Positions 1 to 13,042 of a stretch of 64,000 bases of DNA are shown in pieces. Made by a program: the position numbers and the translations under genes. The DNA is from Octopus vulgaris (lineage: Eukaryota), in assembly GCA_951406725.2 (NCBI GenBank), contig OX597815.1, forward strand, positions 140,864,001 through 140,928,000, given 5' to 3'. Every line of letters starts with the position of its first letter. Positions within the stretch are counted from its first letter, which is position 1. The notes under the pieces were generated by a model. That model did no database searches. It saw only the letters and a program-made list of their open reading frames with translations, and was not told the DNA's origin.

Positions 1-892
1 CCACAGAAATAGGAGCGGAACTCATTTAGTGAGAGTTACGCATACACATACACACACGCAGGCACGCATAGAACACACAGACAGACAAACAGACACACGC
101 AGACAGGCACACACACAGACACACATATACACACACATATCACTCTCTAATACTTAATGCGTGTGGGCTGTGAAACTCAAGTAACTGCGGTATTTCTACC
201 AAGAGGTAAAGACGTATAATTTAAAAACGCAATTTACTTTAACGCTTGACGAAGCGTAACCGCTCCGAAATTGATCGACAGCATCGGATATCGACATTTC
301 GTACTTTCTACTGCCAAACAGTGCCGTGTACTTACCTCAATTTCAAATTCAGTTCTTAAATGCCTACTTCACAAATACACTTTAAAATCTATAAGCTGAT
401 GAGCGCTAACGCCGCACAAGTAGAACTAAATGAAAATTGTGTTAGAAGGAGCTCGATATTGTTACCATTATCAGTATCACAAACTTAATATACGTGGGTT
501 ACTAAAGTCTCGTAATTACGGTATTTCATCTAAAGAGGTAATGCGTTCAAAAACACTGAATAAGTCAAGCTTAGACGAAACAAAACTTCCTCGGAAGTGA
601 ACGAGAATTAAAGTAGTAGGATAATGATGTCTATTTCGAATATCTTTAGGAACTGGGGGAAATAGACGTCGTAGTAGGGCAGCAAAAACTATGAAGTATC
701 AATAACTGTGGTTCTAGCGCACATGCGGTACAATTTCGTTTCGCCAAGTTTTGAGTGTTTACTATGTTTTTAACAGCAGAAATGTTACAAGGGACATCCC
801 TTAGAGGACATAAGTTAAACATTAGCCTTTAACAACGCATAAAACGTTGGGATTAGTAACAAAGATTGTTCAGCCGATGTCGTATTAAACTT

Positions 893-997
<105 letters not shown>

Positions 998-1162
998 ATA
1001 AAACATAATATTATATATATGTATGTATATATATATATATATATATATAAACGCACACATATGTATGCATATATGTGGGTGCATCACTCTCTCTTTCCTT
1101 TCTTTCTCATAAATTTACATGTAAATACACACACACGCGCACACACACACACACATGTGTAA

Positions 1163-1249
<87 letters not shown>

Positions 1250-1859
1250 TACATATAATATAATATAATATAATGAATATATATATACATATATATATAT
1301 AGTATAATAATATATATATATGATATATGCATGCATGTGCGTTTGCATATGTGTATACGAACAGGAAATAGAGGGATTAAATTATAAATACCAAGTATAA
1401 ATTTTAATACCTATTATTAGAAATCAACATTGAAACGAAAGCTATTGCAGAAAGATCAAGTCTATAACTCTATACATGACTGCCCGTCAGCAAAGTGAAC
1501 TATATATGTCTATTAAATGTATATAAATACTGAAAGATACAATTTTGTATAAATGAGTATTTTAATTTGAAAAACAGCATGTTGCTACTTAATGTAATAT
1601 AACTTTAATACACTCGCAAGTATATATGTTTATATATATAGATCCTAGGGCATGTGTAAATATCCAAATAAGGTCACACACTAAAATCCATACTTATAGT
1701 ACAAACACGCACATACAAACATGTCTACACATACAAACGTATATACATATATATAAATACATACATACATACATATATATATATATGTACATACATGTTT
1801 CTATACACGTCCATGTATACATGTTTGTATGTGCATGTGTGTAACATAAGTATGAATTT

Positions 1860-1957
<98 letters not shown>

Positions 1958-1968
1958 TACATATATAC

Positions 1969-2011
<43 letters not shown>

Positions 2012-2117
2012 GAGATACATATGTACATACATGTTTCTATATACGAGAAATTTAGTATATTTTATGCATGTATGTAGACATGTATGTGTTTGTATATATG
2101 TAGCATCCGTATGTTAC

Positions 2118-2160
<43 letters not shown>

Positions 2161-2526
2161 CTGTGTCTGTGTGTGTGTCTGTGTGTGTGTGTCTCTATAT
2201 ATATTTATGTGTATATATGTACATAATATAGTACTTATATACATATATACACTTGCCTAATATATATATATCCATATTCAAACAGAAAAATGTGTGTGTG
2301 GTGGAATGAGTGTTTGAGTGCGTGTGTGAGTGCGCGCGCACTGATTTTGTGTGTGTGAGAATTGATATATACATGCACCTATCACCATACACACATTTAT
2401 GTACATTATACGGAAGTTGCAAAATAAACAAACGCAGCACCTATCTATGCAATCATAACAAGCACAAAAATGTGTAAACCCCAGGAAAAGTTATATCATA
2501 TATATATATATATATATGTCTATATA

Positions 2527-2690
2527 TAAGGCTGTGTGATACGAAGATTGCTGTTTGCTTGCTACCTACATGGTTCCCGGTTCAGTCCCATTGCATGGCA
2601 CTCATGGGCAAATGTCTAATACTATAACCCCTGACCGATCTAAGCCTTTTGAATTGATTCTGGAGACGCAAATTTATTTTAAAAAACCGT
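2527..2690 (+). mobile_element. Degenerate tRNA-derived SINE, 5' part (same family as 41838-42256)
   Basis: ggctgtgtg...atggttcccggttcagtcccattgcatggcac...gggcaaatgtct aligns with the head and body of the 41838 copy. Confidence 0.8.
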
Positions 2691-2801
2691 CACATATATA
2701 TATACAAATTTGATAGGTGTTAAGCCATATTTGAACCCACAGTCTGGGTAAGTGGCGCTGCAACCTGATTCGGTGCATTTATACCCATTTCTCAACAGTA
2801 T

Positions 2802-2842
2802 AGGCGCAGGAGTGGCTGTGTGGTAAGTAGCTTGCTTACCAA
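2802..2842 (+). mobile_element. Truncated SINE head
   Basis: aggcgcaggagtggctgtgtggtaagtagcttgcttaccaa matches the 5' end of the 41838 copy, then stops abruptly. Confidence 0.8.
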
Positions 2843-3579
2843 GAAGCCTACATACTTCCTATGAGTCTTTGTTCTCAGTGTACGGATGTGTCATTGTGTT
2901 GTGCACTTAAGTAGATAGCTGGCGGTGTTTAGCCAGCGAAAAGTTGCTTCTTCAAGGTAACACTTTTGTCTCTTGGGTCCAGTGGCGGTTGTTATATGTG
3001 GTTATAATTTTTACAAACGAAGAATCCTCACAAGATTCAGGATATTGGTCTGCTTTCAGTTCAGCAATATTGTTCACATTAAGTGAAAATGTTTTTTCTC
3101 ATTGTGAGAAGTACAGTTTCGGGGCATGTAATTCAACCAAATGTTGTTTACATTTTAATAGTGTATGTTTTTACAACAACATTTACCATTTATTGGAAAT
3201 CTGTATTTCAAGTGTTCACATTAAGTTAAATTTTTTCTTATTGTGAGAAGTATAGTTTGGTGACGTATCCTGCCACCAAAAATTGTTCTCTGTTTGTGAA
3301 TAGAGTGTATGTTTACAAACACGTTTACCAATAATTGGAAATTTCAAGTGGAGCAGTCCAGGTTCTAATCGGAGTACCATAGGGTTTGGATTACCTGAAT
3401 GCCCAGGAGATTTTTTACTGTGTTTTGTTAAACTGTTTTCTTCTTCTATTGTGACTTTCTAAAATATTGAACTGTTTGCTTTTTCCATTCTTCCCTTTTG
3501 TTTTTGTTTTTGTTTCTCTCTTTTCTTTTTGAAATTTGTGAACTATTGTTTTGGATTGTTTTTTGTTTTAATTTAAAAC

Positions 3580-4783
3580 ATGGCAAAAATACGGATAAGG
3601 AATGGCTCAGACAGCAAGGGGAGGGGGCTGTGGTGTTGAGAACGTATTCGAAGGTTCTCGACACCATTGCCATCTTCTCCAAGCAGATGATTGAGCAGGT
3701 GTTGGCGGAACATCTGCCAACCATTAATTATATCTCTTGGTGTGTCAAATATGCAACGATGTGGTTGCTGTTTGACACCCTCGAGGAAACTCGCAGTTTT
3801 GCGAGCCAGCACCTTGAGGGTAAAGAAATTTTGTTTTTGTAGGAAAAATTGACGAGGGCCTGTGTATGTGGTTTGCCAACCGCAATTGAACCCCAGTGGA
3901 TAGAGGATACTATCCGTCCGGGTCTGGGTGACAGCGGAGCCAGGCACCTCAATGTGAAAATTATTCCCGCAGCTGTTTGTGTTGCTTCAACAGCTGTTTT
4001 CACCATGTAAACCCAATCAACCATGTTCCAGATTTTTTGAAAATACCCGGGTGCTGGTAGCAGCTGATTCTTGAGGGAGCCCGCCCCCCAGGTGTCATCG
4101 GTGCCTGGAACCTGGCCATATAAAGAAAAACTGTCCTCAGGAACAAAGCAAAGTCCTAAAGCAGTCGATTGAGACCTCTGTAGAAGAAGGTACGAAGGCG
4201 GGCGAGGAGACGGATGACTCCTCAAAGAAGAGCTGCAAGGGGAATAGGGTGAGCACCAATGGGTGCTCACCGAAGGATCCTTGGGATGAGCGAGGGGAGG
4301 CGAATCTCCCGGGCACGGAGGAGACGCACCCTCCCTCAGCTGGGAGGAAAAAAATCGGAAGAGAAACGGGACATTGCCGGCAGTCGGTGACATAGCACCG
4401 CAATGTCCCGGAACCCTGCCGGCAGGGGTTGTGCCACCGGCAGGGGAAGAGACACCGTTGGGGGGAATTGTGCCTACAACGGTAGAATTGACTATCTCGA
4501 ACCCGGAGGAAGACGAACTATGGTCTTCTTCCACAGAGGCGGGTAGGTAAAAGAGGTGGAAAAACACCATAAGGGAGTACCTTTAGACTTCACACAGGAT
4601 CCCGAATGGCGTCTGCATATAGCTGTTGAGGTTATAACATTATCCATGTCGTATAGGCTGCAGGGTCTCAATGAGGAATACCGCTTGTGGCCGGGCGACG
4701 CCGACTCGGATCCCGCCTTGGTCTTGAATGAGGTGTGGGTGATGGCGGAGAATACGGGCACAAGCGATGCTGGGGAGGAATAG
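3580..4783 (+). pseudogene. Frameshifted gag-like ORF1 of a non-LTR retrotransposon (L1/Tx1-type)
   Basis: ATG at 3580; ORF 3498..3842 peptide (VVLRTYSK...IEQVLAEHL...KYATMWLLF); perfect CX2CX4HX4C knuckle CHRCLEPGHIKKNC at 4093-4134; charged low-complexity C-terminus; TAG at 4781-4783. Confidence 0.75.
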
Positions 4784-4904
4784 TGACAAGAGGTTGAAAA
4801 GCCTCAGTGTTATGTTTATTGTATAATGTTTAATGTTTATTGCATGTTATTGTGTTTAAGATGCTTCGAGCCCCAAGTTTAAATGGACTATTAGTCCATA
4901 ATTG

Positions 4905-4970
<66 letters not shown>

Positions 4971-5021
4971 ATTAGTTATAATAAGTTCTGCTATTTCCCT
5001 CTATTTTCACAATCTCACATC

Positions 5022-5069
5022 GTCTCTGATAAAGCAATATTCCCAATATCCCAGCAACAGCTGTAAGAC
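5022..5069 (+). ncRNA. Degenerate type I hammerhead ribozyme in a PLE pseudo-LTR remnant
   Basis: gtct-CTGATAA...GCAA-CAGCTG-TA-agac; stem I gtct/agac and palindromic ACAGCTGT are intact, both core boxes are mutated; homologous to 10406-10446. Confidence 0.6.
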
Positions 5070-5269
5070 TAACATTCTCTTTATAAACCGAAAATTCCAC
5101 CCACCCTTGGCTTTCTTGTGTCATTATATTTAACATATACATGCTCATGCAAGACCCGTATTAATCTCCTCACTTATATTACCATCGAATCGAGAGTTTA
5201 ACTACGGTCCTTCCATAGCACATACATAGCCTTACCTGCCACCTTAGATCTCCTAGATACCAATACCTT

Positions 5270-5312
<43 letters not shown>

Positions 5313-5362
5313 CATACATACATACAGATATATATATACATCTGTATCTTTATATGTATATG

Positions 5363-5384
<22 letters not shown>

Positions 5385-5411
<27 letters not shown>

Positions 5412-5545
5412 GTGTCCGAGCGTGCTGTGCTTGTACACTTATATTGCTTGACAACTGTTGTTGGTGGGCATATCATCCCGAAATTAGTGGCTCGGAAAAA
5501 GAAACCGATAGAATAGGCTGCAAGCTTGAGGAAATAAAAAATATA
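5385..5545 (+). mobile_element. SINE 3' half (41838 family), degenerate
   Basis: (GT)n then ttgcttgacaactg...gaaaccgatagaatag, as at 42064-42136. Confidence 0.65.
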
Positions 5546-5859
5546 AGTACTGAGGAAAATTTATTTAACTAAAATTATTTAATGACTAACGCAAGAACAT
5601 ACAAAAGATAAAAGAGATTAATTAAATGTAAATATGGTAAATTTAAAATGATTGCGCTGTATAGAGGAATGAAATTAGGTGATAAGAAGTTATGGATTGA
5701 GAAACAGAGAAAAAAGTTTCTTAAGAGGCATTATAAATTGAAGTTATCTATTCTTCTTTGTATAAATTGTTCTATAACTCACTCACATAATTTTCTCCTT
5801 TTTCTCTTACATTGTGCGGTTCTTGCTGTGGTTCTTTCTATCGTTTTATTTACCCTTAC

Positions 5860-6330
5860 ATATCTTCTCTACTGTGTATAGGACGAAACTTGATTCAACC
5901 AATAGATTTTGCTTGTAACGTCTAATGCGAAAGATACCTGTATTACTGTATCTAAATGGAATGATAGCCGATGTGGCACATGCTAATTCATACATACCGG
6001 CCAATATATGACCCGGAAAATTATGAACACACGCACATATGCGCACAAAGGCAGAAATTTAACTTACTGTATCAAATGCCCAAATTGTGAAAAACTACAT
6101 GTAGGTCAGACTAGAAATAGCCTATCAAAACCTTCAGATGTGCACCGACAGCAAATTAGTGACTCATTTGTCCGTCAGATACCTTTGAGTAACTATCCAG
6201 CAGCATGCGGTCATAAAATATTTATATTTTCATTCTACAAACCACACAGTCCAAGTGAAATTGAAAGAAAAATCAGAGAAAAGAACTTTATTAATATATT
6301 CCAACCCAAGCTAAATAAACAATAATACTA
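5860..6330 (+). mobile_element. Penelope-like element 3' part: Cys linker plus GIY-YIG endonuclease (Neptune-like), decayed
   Basis: SRCGTC linker motif near 5965, then NLTYCIKCPNCEKLHVGQT...HRQQI...RE..FI....PKLN. Confidence 0.8.
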
Positions 6331-6769
6331 ATACTTAGAGGTACTATTTATACTGCTATGATCACTACCACTACCAATAACAACAATACTAAATGTGCTC
6401 ATTTTGACCATAGCAGGGAAATACAAGCTAAGTCAACAGAAAAATCAGTAAAAAATATCTTATTTTGGGATTTATATTTCAATTACTACAGCTACTCCTC
6501 CCACCAGCACCAACTCCAGCACTACCACCACCACAACAAGTCTCTTTTTAAAGTAGAGAAAATAGCTAAGGTTCTAAACTTCGATATGTGGTAAAGCAAA
6601 TCTCTGCTGAAGCCTAAAATCTCTGCTGGACCGAAAAACTATAATTGTCACTAAATGTAACTAGGATGTTAAAACACATGCACTGCCAGAAATAAGAGCT
6701 AAAAATTCTAATGCTGTATTTATATGTCCTGACAGGGACCATAATCGACCGAAAACACTGGTCGAGAAT

Positions 6770-6822
6770 TCTCGACACTGATCGATCAGTTTCGGTTAAT
6801 TCTGTAGCCTCATCAGTAGAGA
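6770..6822 (-). ncRNA. Type I hammerhead-like motif with a 14-nt palindromic stem III
   Basis: Minus strand: tctcta-CTGATGA-ggcta..taacc-GAAA-CTGATCGATCAG-TG-tcgaga; cleavage triplet is GUG (non-canonical). Confidence 0.65.
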
Positions 6823-6837
6823 CTGCTCGACTCGACT

Positions 6838-6907
<70 letters not shown>

Positions 6908-7792
6908 TGAACACACACACTCACACACACATATACATATATACGTACACATTTCATACATATACACACATATGCGAGTATGTGTGTACGTCCGTGTTTG
7001 TTTTATAAAATTTACAAATGCTCTGCCGGACAAACTAAGCATTATGTACGTAGAATAATTTGTGCAATTTAGCGCTATAGTTAAGTATTTTGTTAAACAA
7101 AAATTGATAGCAACATGTGTACGCTGCTTTAACAACTTTCAAATATTTCAAGTTGCCTGTAATTCAATTGTGAAAATATTCTTGTTTAAATATTTCCCAG
7201 CTGGAAATGATTCAAATCACAAATAAATCTCGTCTATTTCACTTAGTACAACAAAAGCAACATAACAATAACAGCAATTAGAACAACAACAAAAGAATTT
7301 TTTTTTTTAAACCGTACGCGATTATGAACATTCTTTACAGTTTTCATTAGTGAATTAGCGTTCTAAAAGTTTTTATTGGAATATTTTAACTATATTTCAA
7401 TTATCAACGGGGACCAAGTTTCCATGTTGTTAATCAATTATACGTACGGGCTACATATGTGCCATCTCTCATTGGAAACAGACAATTTGACTAAATTGAA
7501 TTTCAAATTAAATTTTTCCCTCAACAGCTAACCGATCAAAGACACAAACATAATTATACAACCAATAATGAATATAAGATTCTCAGCATCGTGTATATTT
7601 TTGGGTTCTTCATATCGTTGTCGTTCGCATGTGCACCTATGTGTATGTATATATATATCCCTTTATAGTGCACTTTACTACGGTCTATTCTTTGATATAT
7701 ATATATATAAATACATATGAATATATATGTCTATATATCAAGATACATATATATTTAATTATGTACATGTATACATGTATGTATGAATATAC

Positions 7793-7832
<40 letters not shown>

Positions 7833-7978
7833 ATAGGATTCACAACGGCCTCGAACACACAAGTGCAAACAAGGGAGACAGAGAAAGGCAGAATGCCACT
7901 TATATTTGAACACTATACAAATATTCCTTAAAAAAAGCTTTTCTTTTAATTTTTCTAAATTTAATTATTTAATCGTTA

Positions 7979-8016
7979 CAGTTGAAAAGGTCTCAAAATG
8001 ACCGAAACCGGTACTG
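7979..8016 (+). ncRNA. Minimal hammerhead-like motif with variant core
   Basis: cag-TTGAAAA-ggtc(tcaaaat)gacc-GAAA-CCGG-TA-ctg; all three stems pair, core differs from CUGANGA. Confidence 0.6.
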
Positions 8017-8419
8017 AAATGTTCTTTATAAAATTATTTTAGCATTTTCTATTTTGACTTGTTTTTTCATATATATCAACTCGTGTGTTCCTTTTCACCC
8101 TTATACATATATATTGATATATATACATGTATGTATCTTTGTTTGAAACTCGTGCTAAATCTAGTGTAGAAGCTACTGGAGTTATTTACTATGTTGTGAA
8201 CGGTGCATTGGTATACGGCGTTGAATTTTCTGCATTGGGCTTGCAGTGGGCAATCTGACCTCGATCTGCAGTTGCAGTCATCAGTTCTATGATGATTATT
8301 TGGAGAGGAAATATAGTAGTACTGGTAGTGGCTAGAGTGGTATGAGGTGAATCGATCGTAATATTGCTGTTATTATTGCTGTCATTTCTAGTATTGATAT
8401 CAACGTTGCCATTATTCCA

Positions 8420-8577
8420 GTTCTATATTTAAGAGATGGGGAATTATGTACATTATTTATATTCGACGGTTATTTGTCCTCATCTTGATGTTAAAACAAC
8501 GTTTCGGCTGATATACCTTCTTTGGGTGTCTTGGGGAAATTTCGAACCTGGGTTCTCATTCCTAAGTTATTTTTCGA

Positions 8578-8620
<43 letters not shown>

Positions 8621-9150
8621 GTTGTTGTTGTTGTTGTTGTTGTTGTTATTATTATTATTGTTGTTGTTGTTATTATTATTGTTCAGGTCACTGCCTGGAA
8701 TTGAACTCGGAATTTTGGGGTTAGCCCAAATCTTAACCATCACGCCATATGCCCGTTGGTAATTATGGAGTGAATTTTAGGGCTTATGAATGGAGTGGTT
8801 TTTCTCGAGGGAGATATTTGCGAAGTGTTGTATTACTCTTGAATACTGTCCTGATGTCATATGGGCCGCATATCTGTTGTATCATTTCAAAGAAACCTTC
8901 ACATAGGATAGACAGTCTGTGGACAGTTCATTGGTTTCAGCCTCTCTCTTCTTCATAATTGGACTACATAGTATACTTTGGGAATAGTTATTGCTTAACA
9001 GCTCTTTATTGAGCTTGATCTTTTCTTCGTGGTGTGTATCACGATTGCTACTTATATTCTTTGCACGTTGTTTTAGGCACTGAGCAATCCCTCACTTTAG
9101 ATGGTGGGAATTGAAGTTTAGGTAACGTCCGTTTACCGCAAGCCGACCTT
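8420..9150 (-). mobile_element. Penelope/Poseidon-like element 3' fragment: RT thumb, tRNA-like head, trinucleotide tract, pseudo-LTR
   Basis: Reverse complement is homologous to 19255-19585 (YLNFNSHH..GIAQCLKQRAKNISS; CLSYVKVS..IQQICGPYDIRTVFKSNTTLRK) and to 19647-20142. Confidence 0.9.
8686..8754 (-). promoter_or_regulatory. tRNA-derived segment with Pol III A and B boxes
   Basis: Minus strand: GGGCATA-TGGCGTGATGG (A box)...GAGTTCAATTCC (B box)-AGGCAGTGACC, about 69 nt; cloverleaf is imperfect. Confidence 0.75.
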
Positions 9151-10560
9151 TACTGAAAATAGCCCCAAATTTTTAAACAATGATGTTATGCACATTTAAA
9201 CTCATTTCAATATAAACAGAATAGGATTTCCACATCACTAGCCAGCCACGTACACCATCTAATTAATAGAAAAGAACTTTCTTGGGCTATGATAGACTCG
9301 GTTATCCTATATCAGATCCAACACTACAGTTGTGAACTCTAAAGCCCTCAAAATATTAACACACCACTCACCACAATTGCTTAAAATTACAACGATGACT
9401 TCACTAAGTGTAAGCACAAATTCTTCCGCACTTTTAAATTCTTTGAGAAATCTAAATGTAAATTCACCCCCACGAATAGCACCCGCTTACAAACCCCTAT
9501 AATCATTAGCATATACCGCTCTATATCTCTTCTATACCTCCTATATCTTTATATCTCTTATTTCTACCTTATATCTTATATCTCTTGTATCTACCTTACG
9601 TCATCACTTAATGAGATAAATATTAATTCTTTAATTTATCCTTAGTTTATTTTTAAACTCTAACCCAATAAAGCCCTAATATTTAACTCTAACTCTCACT
9701 CATAAATAATTTAACATTCAACTAGCTCCTCCATTCTTGACTACATACACACCCATAATCCTATTGCTGAGAATACCTCTACAGCCACTGATCTAAGCCA
9801 GAACGAACACAAGCATTTACTACTAGATTTCCTCCCCAACATATATAGACTTTACGACTACCACAGACACCTACTAATACCTTTAAATTCCTTTCATTTT
9901 GCTGTTTTTCACCCTAATTTCCTCTACCTCCTCATACTCTCTCTTATCTTCTCGGTTTCCCCGTACATAATTCTTGGACACCATACACCTATGTACCTTA
10001 CTTTATCCTAACACCAATCCATAAATTCCCCCATGTCACTCCATCTACCTCCCTTTCTATCTATTTCCTTTTCGTTCCTCTTACCGCTTAATAGCCACCT
10101 CCGGTAACATTCTGTTATTTAATATTGATATGTTCGCGTCCTTTTACCTCGGATGTTTATTATATCAAGATTTTAACCCACATGGAACTACGTAGGATCG
10201 CACCTGAGGTTTTATGCTCCTAGATCTGCGCAGAATTGCACCTAAGGATTTATGCAGTTGTTTCTACAACACCGGAAAGTTGAACTATGAACTTTTATGC
10301 TTCTATTCTCTTCTTTCTCTCCATATCGTTATTATTTTACTCCCTTCCTCTATGACGTCATCTCGTTAATAGATAAAATTCTCATTTTTCCGATTTTTCC
10401 CTATTTGTCTCTGATGACGGTATATCCCCAAAACAGCTGTAAGACATTAAATTTTTTCCAATAATAATATTGTATACGACTTGAAATGTTTGCCTTGCCT
10501 TAATGCTTGTTGTCCTCTTTAACAGTTATATATCCGCAGCATCGGAAATCTCCAAAGGCT
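9150..10560 (+). mobile_element. Highly decayed PLE-like remnant ending in an HHR-bearing pseudo-LTR
   Basis: C/T-skewed decayed coding-like sequence with an HHR at 10406; the sequence after the HHR resembles that after the 5022 HHR. Confidence 0.5.
10406..10446 (+). ncRNA. Minimal type I hammerhead ribozyme (GAAA box mutated)
   Basis: tgtct-CTGATGA-cggtatatcccc-AAAA-CAGCTG-TA-agaca; stem I tgtct/agaca, palindromic stem III. Confidence 0.7.
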
Positions 10561-12717
10561 CCATTACTACCATCTCGGCTAGGAAGAAATACATGACCAT
10601 TAAACTATATAAATGTCTGTATGCGTGTGTATATATATATACACATACAATCCATAAAATATTGGACTGTACACCGTCTCTATGTTAGAGGAACATTTTT
10701 AGAACTAAATATGTTTGTAGTAAGATTTTTATTTGTATTTATGTAAATGCAATTGGAACACTTATTGGATTTTTAAGGTGTCATCTAAAATAAAGTTTTG
10801 ATTTTTTTTTTAAATAGCAAACGTTCAAACTCCATATATAAATATATTTCCCTTGGGTATTTACATTGATACGGCTCGAATATAAACAACTAAATATTTT
10901 ATGCAAAATGAAATGAATTAAAATTTCACCCAAATAGAAATAATCATATATGTAGAGATTTACGTAAATCATTTAGGAATTGGAAAAGAACCTTAAACAT
11001 AATACGACTTATGTTGGTTCCGTATGAAATAGATAAAATTTGCCTTTTGCTCTCCTACTATACAAATGTGTCACATATACACATGCGCACGCTGATCAGC
11101 ATACATCGCATTATGAAATATCATGTGTATTATATGTAAATACTGGGAAGAAAGAATATAATTCTAAGTCATTTTAATTTTAATTTCTGAATGAGGAGAG
11201 TGATGTATTTCCAACGGTCACCATAGGCACTGATAGACAGGTAACAGTCATCATTTTCAGTTAAGTGATTTATACCTATTTTCATTTACAGATGCATTAA
11301 AATATATTGTGAAATGTTATTGGTTGTATACACTGTCCAAATCATCCGCCTAGGTTACTGGGTAGTGTCTATATATTTATTATTCTGTTCTTGTCTGATA
11401 AAACCACGTGTACATAGATTGCAAATAGTACAAAAATAGTGCTGAAAAATAATGAAATAATGCATTTAGAAAGTTCGAAGGAAATATACTACTATTCGGT
11501 CTGGAAATTATAAAATTCCTGAACAACTGCACAACAGCGTTTAAAACAATGTCTGCCATTTACGATTGCTGTTCGACGTTTTCGTTTACACCCGAAAAAT
11601 ATTGGACAAGTAATATCAAAACGGAATCGCATACGCTCAAACGTGCACACTTTGCAAACAAGTCTGTTACAAGTCGTGTATGACTGACAAAAATAACTTC
11701 GGTAAAAAGTATCACACATAGTATTATCTTATAATAATCAAAGCAATGAACTGGAACCCTTGTTATTTATCAAAATTAACATAATTCAGTATTTTCGTAC
11801 ACTATGTATTAATACATTGGAATTTGTTTTAATTTAATCGCAGCTGAGACTAGCCGGGCTAGTCGATAATAGTTCAGTTAATGGAGATGAAAAATAGCAG
11901 TCAACACATCGAATGATCGTAGCTTCTGCGATCGCGCATTCCAGCCACTTAAATATGAATTTTATAATTGTACATACACATCATGCCGTCTTACAAGATA
12001 TGGTCCGATATAATAATAACACAATGCAATTACTGAGGGTTTTGATAGCTTATAATACTGATTCATTTGCTATTAGTGTCTCTGTACACTGAAGTTCATT
12101 TCTCTCAGAAATTATATTGTTTTCTGATTCTCAATATCTATTCATTGGTAGCCTTGCATATCTCCAGTTTCATGGAATTAGATATATAGCACACATATGC
12201 ACTTTTTTATGACTCCAGACTTGTAGGATGCAACTTTATAAGATGAAAAAATACCTAATCTCTGCATATTGGTGAAATGAGGAAATACAGAATATATATC
12301 TACATATAGTTACAGAATCACAGCGAAATTGTGAAAGTAGTATCGAACTAATGGCCCATGAGGAAAGACTCCAATACCTCATTCATTTGGTCTGCTGAGA
12401 TACACATCAAAGGGTTAACTACAATTTAATCCTTTCTTCATTACTTCGGTAGGATAAAAGATGCTCTGAGACGAAATGAATTTGGATTAAAGCATCAGGA
12501 TATTTCTAACAACCTTATTCAGGATTTTAATTAAATGTAGATTTCTTAAGCAGAAAAACCATTCAAGTTCAAACATTAATCCAAATCCTTTTACTTATCT
12601 CAATTCCATTTTCTATCATTTCATTAGGAGAATAATAGAACGTATCAGACAAAATAAAAACATCCACACATACGCATACACTGACACACAAAAACACCCG
12701 TACAAGCCGGTTTTAAG

Positions 12718-12792
<75 letters not shown>

Positions 12793-12814
12793 CGTCTCTC
12801 TGTCTTTCTCTCTC

Positions 12815-12864
<50 letters not shown>

Positions 12865-12998
12865 TACATACACATATATACATATATATATATATATTTA
12901 TATATATATATATATATAAATACATATATATATGTCTGTATATGTGTGTTTATGTTTATGTATATCTAACTATGCATCCGTTATATACACATATAACG

Positions 12999-13040
<42 letters not shown>
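12718..13040. repeat. Compound (TATC)n/(TC)n/(TA)n microsatellite
   Basis: Seen directly. Confidence 0.95.

Positions 13041-13042
<2 letters not shown>

Noticed and set aside
3728-4570. Longest ORF in the track (280 aa, minus strand)
   Set aside because: Antisense shadow of the GC-richer plus-strand ORF1 carrying the CCHC knuckle; no recognisable motif
8686-8754. Possible tRNA gene
   Set aside because: Acceptor, D and anticodon arms are imperfect and it is embedded in a repeat; treated as a tRNA-derived head
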